A DNA stretch of 64,000 bases from positions 1 through 64,000 of the forward strand of contig JANOAV010000040.1 of NCBI GenBank assembly GCA_031411295.1. The letters run 5' to 3'. The number at the start of each line of letters is the position of its first letter. The first letter of the stretch is position 1. Of this stretch, positions 56,755 to 64,000 are shown piece after piece. The translations under genes and the position numbers were made by a program. Under the pieces are notes generated by a model, which ran no database searches, was not told the DNA's origin, and was given only the letters and a program-made list of their open reading frames with translations. The stretch comes from Verrucomicrobiales bacterium (GTDB taxonomy: Bacteria; Verrucomicrobiota; Verrucomicrobiia; Verrucomicrobiales; V1-33).

Positions 56755-59700
56755 ATGAAGCCACCATCTTCTCATGCCCTAATCCCGCTCTGCGCTTCGG
56801 CGGTGCTCATGCTGGGCGTGGCAGGTGCCCACGATGCTCATCACCGCGATGTCATAACCGCCAGCGGTTATCGCCTTACGGGTGAGGCCGCAGCGGCTGA
56901 GCTGGAAGCGGCGGCCAATCGTCTATCCGCATCGGCGGAACCTGAATCGTCGGCTGCTACGAAGGGCTGGGAGCCCGTGGTGTATGCGCCGCCCGCGGGA
57001 AATGGCACCTTGTTGGCCGCATCGTTTGCTCCGTTTAAGCCTTATGTTCGTTATTACTGGGACTCGACTTATTTTTACGCCGAGGGCGATAGCATGCCGC
57101 CTCCAGGATTGATGCCAACTCCAATGGTGGGGATTACCGCATGGCAGCAGCAATTACCCATTCCAGTGGGCTACTTTGGCAATGTCACCAATCCAGAGAC
57201 GGACACGGCTTCGCTGGGCTATGGGAAGCCGAACGTCTGGCGGATTCCTCTGGTGCCGGTTCCTGCGGCAGCGCCTATCTCCCTAACGGGCAACTTTTTG
57301 CGAGGCGCAGTGGCCATTGGGGCGAATGGGATTCCCATTTTCAATCCGCGCAACAACACGGGGCAGTTCTCGCAGGCCATTGGCGAGCTTGATAGCTATG
57401 GTGGGCATTGCGGTCGGGCGGATGATTACCACTATCACATTGCACCGGTGCATTTGTATTCCGTGCTGAGCCCTGACAAACCCTGCGCGTGGGCTTTGGA
57501 TGGATATCCCATTTACGGCTACCTCGAACCGGATGGGACAGCACAGCAGGCGCTGGATGGCGATGGCGGACACACGCATGGCACCTGGGGTTACCATTAC
57601 CATGCCCGGGGCACCGCTGCTACTGGTCCACAGAGTCCGTATCTTATGAATGCCATGCATGGCACCGTGGTCAATTACGGGGGACAAATTGATCCTCAGC
57701 CGACCGCCAGTTCGATTGCTCCAGCGGGATCGCCTTTGGCTGGTGCTGCCATCACGGGCTTTGCGCGTCCAAGTAAAGACTCGTATGTCCTGACCTATAC
57801 GGTTGGGGGGGCTAGTTACAACGTCGCGTATTCCATCAATCGCATCGCGCACACCGTGACCGTCAATACTCAAAGTCCCACCAACCCCACTGGCACTTCA
57901 GCGACTTACACCAACGCCTCGCGCTTCAGTTATTACCCCATGAGTGGACCGTCCATGGCCAAACTCCCGGACACAGGGCAAACCTTAAACGCGACCGCCA
58001 CCGCCGGGGAAGACAGCGACTATACCATCAACGCTCCGACCTTCACCGACAATGGAAACAGCACTGTGACGGATGCCGTGACTGGACTGATGTGGCAGAA
58101 AACGGATAGCGGTGAAATGACCTGGGAGAACGCCGTGGCCGGGGCTGCCAGCATCACGTTAGGCGGCTTCAGTGATTGGCGACTCCCCACCGCTCAGGAA
58201 GCGTTCAGTATTTTGAATCACAATAGCAACCCGGCACTCAACAGCACCTATTTCGTCAATCATGCCAGTGGCACCCCAGGCTATTGGTGGACCAGTGATC
58301 TCTTTTATGGCGACAACACGAAGGCTTGGGCGACCAACGCTGGGGGTGGTCTGGGCCCGCATCCCAAGACCTCCACGATCAGTGCTGGAGGAACGCTACG
58401 ATTCCATGCGCGCTATGTCCGGGGCGCGAATCCCACGCTGGGCCATAACTATCTTAACAACGGGGATGGCACGATCACGGACTTGGATACCGGCCTGATG
58501 TGGACGCAGGCCCCCTCCACCGCCATGTCGTGGTCGAATTCGCTAACTTATGCTGAAGGGCTCACGCTGGGCGGTTTCAACGACTGGCGTTTACCTAACG
58601 TAAAGGAACTGCAATCACTGCAAGACATCACCCGCGCCACGGCTTCTGCGGTTACAACGGTGCCCTGCCTCAATCGCATGTTGTTTCCTGCCGCTACCGC
58701 CACGGCTTACTGGTCATCCACCAGCGTGAAGGCCGGCACGCCAACGAATGCGTGGCTCGTGGATTTCGGGGTCACGACCACGGCCACGCCTTCGAGAAAT
58801 CAGCAGGGCATTGTGAGCTACGAACCTTATGCTGCGACGTATCCAGTTTTCGCAGTGCGGACGGCCGAACTTTCAGTAAGCCGTTCCATCAGCCAGGGCC
58901 TGGCCACCACGAACACGACAAATCTTTATCCTGCTGGCCAGCGAGTTTCCGGTGTGGGCACGAGCACGGCCACGGATGCCACCACCCGGACGGTGCCAGC
59001 GGCCACGCAATTCACCACCGCCACGAAAGCCAGCGATCTCTATAACGAAACCACCAACGTGACGCCTGCGAACATTGCGGCAGTAAATTTAGCCAACGTT
59101 CCTATCATTACGGTAGATGCGGATGGCGAGGTCATCACAGGTTATCTTTTTGCGGACAATTATTTCGAACTCTATGTCAACGGAACCCTGGTGGCGGTCG
59201 ATCCCGTGCCCTACACGCCATTCAATTCCTGCGTGGTGAAATTTCGCGCCAAGCGCCCGATTACTTATGCCGTGAAATTGGTGGACTGGGAGGAGAATCT
59301 GGGGATCGGCTCTGAACTCAATGGTGGCAGCGCTTACCACGCGGGCGATGGCGGCTTCATGGCCAGCTTTAGCGATGGCACGGTGACAGGTCCGGCCTGG
59401 AAGGCGCAGTCATTTTATATCGCCCCGCTCAATGATCCGGCGTTCGTGGTGGAGCAACCAAATGGAACTCACGATTCCTCTGCGGCCGGATTGCTGACAC
59501 CGACGCTCAATCAGAACAGCTACGCGCTGCATTACGCGGTGCCCGCCAACTGGTATGCCAAAGCCTTCTCGGATGCAGGCTGGCCAGCGGCTACGACCTA
59601 TACCGAAGCTATTGTGGGCGTGAATGATAAGCCTGCTTACACCAATTTTCCCGCCCAATTCAGCAACAGTGGCGCACAGTTCATCTGGTCCTCGAATCTG

Positions 59701-61158
59701 GTGCTCGATAACGAAGTCATCGTCCGCTACACTGGACCCGCAACGACACAGCAAATTGCCGTCGAGCAACCCAGCGCCGCGCCATTGACCGATGGCTCCA
59801 GCACCGTGGCCTACGGCAGTGTGAACGTCGGCAGCACGCTTTCGCAGACTTTTGTGATTCGAAATAGCAGCGCCACCAACGCGCTCAGCATCACCGGCGT
59901 CACTATCGATGGCACAAACGGCAGCCAATTCACGGTCACCACCTCGCCTGCCAGCAGCATCGCCGCCAGTGGCAGCACAACGCTGGTCGTGCAGTTCGCG
60001 CCGACCACCGCCGGAGCCAAGACCGCAGCCATTCACATCGCCAGCAGTGATGCCTCAGTGGGTGCTGCCTTTGACATCAATCTCAGTGGCACTGGTGCTG
60101 TCGCCCCACCGACCATCACGAATCCACGCACATCGCCTAACACACAAACGTATGCCGACAATGTGTGGGTCACCGCACAACTTGCCGCCGCCTCCGGCGC
60201 GACGATCAACACCGCGCAATTGACCTACAGCGACGGCACGCAGACCACGTCCACGGTCTTTGCCGAGACGATGGCAAACGTCGCAACGGCCGGCACCGCC
60301 GGCTGGGACGGCACGGGAGCGAATTTTCCGTGGAGCATCACCAGCAGCGGTGGTGATACGAAGCAAACGATCGCGGCCAATCGCGGCACTGGCAACATTT
60401 GCGGACTTGAGTTTGGCAAAGGAGCGACCAACCCCACCGCAACGATGGCGGCAACGACCAACGCGATCAACGCGAGCGGCACCGCAGGCACCATTCAGTT
60501 TTGGGCAGCAACCTCGAATCTCGTCGCCGGACTCGGCTGGAATTTCCAACTCTCAACCGACGGCACCGCATGGACCACGCGCCTCAGCGAAGCAACAGGC
60601 GTCAACCATGTTCATCAAATCAACTCCTACACGCTTCAAGCCAGCGAACGGGTGGGCAAGCTGCGGATGCGTTTTCAATTCATCGGCAACGGCACGGGCG
60701 GCCCGACGGGACCGAAGGCGCAGTTTGACGATATCACCGTGGTCACCACGACCGGCGCGCCGCCCACGACGGTGACGATGTTTGATGATGGATTGCACGG
60801 CGACGGCATCGCAGGCGACGGTGTGTTTGGTGCGCAAATCCCGGTGCAGACTGCCGGCAAAACCATCACCTACAGCCTCAGCGTGACGGACAGCAACGGC
60901 AGCACCACCACATCCGCCGCCGCCGCGAGCTACATCGTCAGCGCAATCACTCCACCCGCAAACTTCACCGCGACCGCCACGCGAAGCGGCAACAACGTGA
61001 TCATCCAATGGCCCACGCAAGCAGGCATCAGCTATTCCGTCCAAACGTCGGATAACCTGATCAACTGGACCAACATCCCGGTTGGCCAAGTCGGGACGTG
61101 GACCGACACCGGCGCAATTCTAACGACGCCGAAGCGGTTTTATCGCGTGATGCGGTAA
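56755..61158 (+). CDS. Secreted mosaic protein: YHYH domain, two Lcl/DUF1566 domains, beta-sandwich domains, ASH/Ig-like domain and C-terminal module
   Basis: Signal peptide; GAVAIGANGIPIFNP, GGH...DYHYH, ALDGYPIYG, GYHYH; 2x NG..T.TD..TGLMW ... LGGF.DWRLP; ADNYFELYVNG; MFDDGLHGDG.AGDGVFG; TSDNLINW...KRFYRV. Confidence 0.85.
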   Translation: MKPPSSHALIPLCASAVLMLGVAGAHDAHHRDVITASGYRLTGEAAAAELEAAANRLSASAEPESSAATKGWEPVVYAPPAGNGTLLAASFAPFKPYVRYYWDSTYFYAEGDSMPPPGLMPTPMVGITAWQQQLPIPVGYFGNVTNPETDTASLGYGKPNVWRIPLVPVPAAAPISLTGNFLRGAVAIGANGIPIFNPRNNTGQFSQAIGELDSYGGHCGRADDYHYHIAPVHLYSVLSPDKPCAWALDGYPIYGYLEPDGTAQQALDGDGGHTHGTWGYHYHARGTAATGPQSPYLMNAMHGTVVNYGGQIDPQPTASSIAPAGSPLAGAAITGFARPSKDSYVLTYTVGGASYNVAYSINRIAHTVTVNTQSPTNPTGTSATYTNASRFSYYPMSGPSMAKLPDTGQTLNATATAGEDSDYTINAPTFTDNGNSTVTDAVTGLMWQKTDSGEMTWENAVAGAASITLGGFSDWRLPTAQEAFSILNHNSNPALNSTYFVNHASGTPGYWWTSDLFYGDNTKAWATNAGGGLGPHPKTSTISAGGTLRFHARYVRGANPTLGHNYLNNGDGTITDLDTGLMWTQAPSTAMSWSNSLTYAEGLTLGGFNDWRLPNVKELQSLQDITRATASAVTTVPCLNRMLFPAATATAYWSSTSVKAGTPTNAWLVDFGVTTTATPSRNQQGIVSYEPYAATYPVFAVRTAELSVSRSISQGLATTNTTNLYPAGQRVSGVGTSTATDATTRTVPAATQFTTATKASDLYNETTNVTPANIAAVNLANVPIITVDADGEVITGYLFADNYFELYVNGTLVAVDPVPYTPFNSCVVKFRAKRPITYAVKLVDWEENLGIGSELNGGSAYHAGDGGFMASFSDGTVTGPAWKAQSFYIAPLNDPAFVVEQPNGTHDSSAAGLLTPTLNQNSYALHYAVPANWYAKAFSDAGWPAATTYTEAIVGVNDKPAYTNFPAQFSNSGAQFIWSSNLVLDNEVIVRYTGPATTQQIAVEQPSAAPLTDGSSTVAYGSVNVGSTLSQTFVIRNSSATNALSITGVTIDGTNGSQFTVTTSPASSIAASGSTTLVVQFAPTTAGAKTAAIHIASSDASVGAAFDINLSGTGAVAPPTITNPRTSPNTQTYADNVWVTAQLAAASGATINTAQLTYSDGTQTTSTVFAETMANVATAGTAGWDGTGANFPWSITSSGGDTKQTIAANRGTGNICGLEFGKGATNPTATMAATTNAINASGTAGTIQFWAATSNLVAGLGWNFQLSTDGTAWTTRLSEATGVNHVHQINSYTLQASERVGKLRMRFQFIGNGTGGPTGPKAQFDDITVVTTTGAPPTTVTMFDDGLHGDGIAGDGVFGAQIPVQTAGKTITYSLSVTDSNGSTTTSAAAASYIVSAITPPANFTATATRSGNNVIIQWPTQAGISYSVQTSDNLINWTNIPVGQVGTWTDTGAILTTPKRFYRVMR

Positions 61159-61178
61159 AGGGATCACGACACGCTGAT

Positions 61179-63317
61179 ATGAAATACTCCATCGCATTTT
61201 TCCTCTCGCTCCTCTTTGCGAACAGCAGCTTCGCCACGGCTCCAAACATCGTCATCATTCTCACCGACGACCAGGGCTGGGGCGATGTCGGTTATCATAC
61301 CGCTGCAGGCCAGGTGCCGATTCAACCACCTAACATGGATGGCTTCCTTGCGACAGGCATTCGTCTGGAAAAATTCTACGCCACCCCCGTGTGCAGCATC
61401 ACGCGTTCATGCCTTCTAACAGGTCGCAACACGATCCGCACGGCTACCGGCAACAATCGCGGCTTGGACCTCAGCGAGCACCTCATGCCGCAGACCTTCA
61501 AAGCCGCTGGTTACCAGACCTACATGTGCGGCAAATGGCATCTCGGCGGTTGGGGAAACAATACCAATACCACCACACTCAACGGCTCCACCTTCACTGT
61601 GGTCCAGGAGAGCGATGCCTACCTGCCGCACAATCGCGGTTGGGACATCCACTACGGCCAGTATGGCGGTGCCATCAATTATTTCACGCACCGGACGAAT
61701 GATCCCGGTCTGAACAACGCCGTCGATTGGTGGCTCAACGGCGTCACGCAGAACGAAACAACCGATTTGCAAGGCAACGGCGGTCACTCCACCGACCTGC
61801 TAGCCGACAAGGCGGTCTCGCTCATTCAGAACCGTGATCCGTCGAAACCCATTCTGCTCTACCTCGCCTTCAATGCCGTCCATGCAGGCGTCTCCGCACC
61901 AGCCGCATACATCACCAAGTATCAAAATCTCGGTGTCACCAATTCGGCACGTCGCACCCTCTGTGCCGCCGTGGACTGTATGGACGCCGCCATGGGGCGC
62001 GTGCTCGCCGCCCTTGATACCGCAGGGATCGCTAACAACACCATCGTCCTCTACATGAGTGACAATGGCGGCAATGAACCCACCGGTTCCATCAACGATC
62101 CACTGCGTGGAACCAAGAATCAGGACAGCTACGACGGTGGCAACATTCACACCCCGGCCGCGATCCGTTGGCCCGGTGTGCTGGCAACAAACGTCATCAG
62201 CAATCAGTATGTCTGGGTGGGCGACATCTTCCCCACTCTCTGCGCCGCCACCGGTGTCACGCCGCAGAACATCAAAGCCTTCGACGGACTCAACCTCTGG
62301 CCCGCACTGCTTTCCATCAACAGTGGCAACCCCAATGGTGTGCAGCGCCCGTCGACCCTCGTCACCTCGGTGACCAAACCCGCCGCGCTCAATATCTTCA
62401 CCGATCCCGTCCTCGGCGGCAGCAAGATGTTCAAACTCATCCGCACCAAAGGTCCGCCTTTGAGCAACGAACTTTTCAATATGACCGATGATCCGTATGA
62501 AACCACGGATCTCGCTACCAACGCCGCGTATGCCACGATCATCACCACCCTCACAACTCCGATCACCAGCATCACGCCGGAGAACTATCCGCCCCACATC
62601 GGTGAGGCACCGAAGACGCAGAGTGTGCAACAGGGCAGCAGCATCACGCTCTACGCACCCTTCACCAGCTATGGAAAAGTCCCCAGCGTGCAGTGGCGAA
62701 AGAACACCACACCCATCAGCGGTGCAACCAGCTACTACCAAATCACCGACACGGGCGTCAACGTGAACGGCGTCTTCATGGCCACGCTAACTCTAACTAA
62801 CGTAAATAGCACCCACACCGCAAACTACGACGTGATCGTCAGCAGCACCAACGGCAGCGCCACCAGCAGCGCAGGCACCCTAACCGTCATCAAGCCCGTC
62901 AGCACCCAAAACGACGGCCTCCCCGATACTTGGAAATCCGCCCACGGCATCGACGTGAATTCCACGGCCGCCAGCGATGGCCCGATGGGTGACATCGATT
63001 TCGACGGTCGCGTCAATCTCCTCGGATACGCGTTCAATACCAATCCCAAGGCCAGCGAAGGCGAAGTCGTTCAAAGCAAGTTGAACTCAGGCTATCTTGA
63101 AATCAAGTTTACTCGGCGGATCGGTGCCGTTGATTTGCTTTACGCAGTGCAAGTCTCCGACAACATCTCGGCATGGTCCGATGCAAGCACCAGTTACCAA
63201 ATCATGAACACCGTGCCCAATGCCGACGGTGTGACTGAAACCGTCACCGCCCGCCTGCTCCCCGCAATCGCAACCACGACGCGGAGATTCGCACGCCTGA
63301 AGATATCCACGCAATGA
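61179..63317 (+). CDS. Secreted S1 (formylglycine-type) sulfatase with Ig-like domain and C-terminal module
   Basis: PNIVIILTDDQG, CSITRSCLLTGR, GKWHLG, YLAFNAVH, SDNGG, ELFNMTDDPYET; VSDNISAW...RRFARLK. Confidence 0.9.
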   Translation: MKYSIAFFLSLLFANSSFATAPNIVIILTDDQGWGDVGYHTAAGQVPIQPPNMDGFLATGIRLEKFYATPVCSITRSCLLTGRNTIRTATGNNRGLDLSEHLMPQTFKAAGYQTYMCGKWHLGGWGNNTNTTTLNGSTFTVVQESDAYLPHNRGWDIHYGQYGGAINYFTHRTNDPGLNNAVDWWLNGVTQNETTDLQGNGGHSTDLLADKAVSLIQNRDPSKPILLYLAFNAVHAGVSAPAAYITKYQNLGVTNSARRTLCAAVDCMDAAMGRVLAALDTAGIANNTIVLYMSDNGGNEPTGSINDPLRGTKNQDSYDGGNIHTPAAIRWPGVLATNVISNQYVWVGDIFPTLCAATGVTPQNIKAFDGLNLWPALLSINSGNPNGVQRPSTLVTSVTKPAALNIFTDPVLGGSKMFKLIRTKGPPLSNELFNMTDDPYETTDLATNAAYATIITTLTTPITSITPENYPPHIGEAPKTQSVQQGSSITLYAPFTSYGKVPSVQWRKNTTPISGATSYYQITDTGVNVNGVFMATLTLTNVNSTHTANYDVIVSSTNGSATSSAGTLTVIKPVSTQNDGLPDTWKSAHGIDVNSTAASDGPMGDIDFDGRVNLLGYAFNTNPKASEGEVVQSKLNSGYLEIKFTRRIGAVDLLYAVQVSDNISAWSDASTSYQIMNTVPNADGVTETVTARLLPAIATTTRRFARLKISTQ

Positions 63318-63325
63318 TCGAATCC

Positions 63326-64000
63326 ATGAAACTTCACCTCATAGCATTTTACCTGTGCCTCGCATTCACCATGGCCGCCCGTGCGAGCGACAACATCCTG
63401 TTGATTATTGCCGACGACTTCGGGCTTGATGCCAGTGCGGTATTCAACACCAGCCCGGGCGCGTCGCTCGCGCCAACACCTAACATCGCATCATTGGCTG
63501 CGAATGGAGTCAAATTCACGAACGCCTATAGCTATTCGGTCTGCTCGCCGGCCCGGTCTTCGGTCCTGACAGGCCGGTTCGGATTTCGCACGGGCACGGC
63601 CAATGTCACGGGCGGCACCACCTCGAACAACTCGCTGAAGGCTGCGGAATTCACGCTGCCGGACGCGTTCGCCGCCAACAGCGGCTTGAACTATCAGCTC
63701 AAACACCTCGGCAAATGGCATCTTGGCGGCACGAGCACCGCCCCTTGTCTCATCGGCGGTTGGCCTTCGTTTTCGGGAGCCTTGATCGGGGAAATCACCG
63801 ACTATGTCAATTGGACGAAAGTCACGGGCAGCGGCGCGAGCGCGAGCAGCAGCACCGTCACGACTTATGCGACTACGGAAAACGTCAATGATGCCCTTGC
63901 GTTCATCAGCACCCAGACCACAGCCGGTAAGCCATGGTTCACCTGGCTCGCGTTCAACGCGCCGCACACCCCGTATCACAAACCGCCTAATTCGCTGTGC
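63326..64000 (+). CDS. Second secreted sulfatase, truncated by the window end (absent from the ORF track)
   Basis: Hand translation MKLHLIAFYLCLAFTMAARASDNILLIIADDFG...TPNI...CSPARSSVLTGR...GKWHLG...WLAFNAPHTPYH; an in-frame ATG at 63314 overlaps the upstream stop. Confidence 0.9.
   Translation, partial: MKLHLIAFYLCLAFTMAARASDNILLIIADDFGLDASAVFNTSPGASLAPTPNIASLAANGVKFTNAYSYSVCSPARSSVLTGRFGFRTGTANVTGGTTSNNSLKAAEFTLPDAFAANSGLNYQLKHLGKWHLGGTSTAPCLIGGWPSFSGALIGEITDYVNWTKVTGSGASASSSTVTTYATTENVNDALAFISTQTTAGKPWFTWLAFNAPHTPYHKPPNSLC

Noticed and set aside
57950..58870. Diversity-generating retroelement targeting the DUF1566/Lcl domains
   Set aside because: The two domains differ at all base types (an old duplication); no near-identical template repeat and no reverse transcriptase in the window.

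Overview
This looks like chromosomal DNA from a Verrucomicrobiota (Verrucomicrobiales-like) bacterium, inferred from the PEP-CTERM/autotransporter-repeat giant protein, the RsmA-Nudix fusion, the extended IF-1 and the many secreted mosaic proteins. Housekeeping genes (recN, lpxD, infA, rsmA, ppk2, kdgK, nagA/nagB, tyrA, aroA) alternate with large secreted or surface proteins and carbohydrate enzymes (PL4-like lyase, GH149-like beta-1,3-glucan phosphorylase with a GPH transporter, SGNH esterases, sulfatases). The most unusual part is the accessory block at about 41.6-44.3 kb. It begins with 11 quasi-palindromic 12-mers (consensus TTCCCATGGRAA) at an exact 21-bp period with variable 9-bp linkers. 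A hairpin, a good sigma70 promoter and a gene for a helical-bundle + fibronectin-III protein follow. Next come two integron-type gene cassettes with attC sites and no integrase in the window. Other signals: a GTAG-type REP doublet translated as the N-terminus of a GNAT acetyltransferase, a drifting 7-bp tandem repeat, a recurrent C-terminal 'S-x-D/N-L-x-x-W...F-Y-R' module on unrelated secreted proteins, a toxin/immunity-like giant-protein locus, and a proline-racemase homologue with both catalytic Cys replaced by Ser. I recognised no rRNA, tRNA, CRISPR-cas, transposase, integrase or reverse transcriptase. All family calls come from motif recognition by eye, not from database searches.
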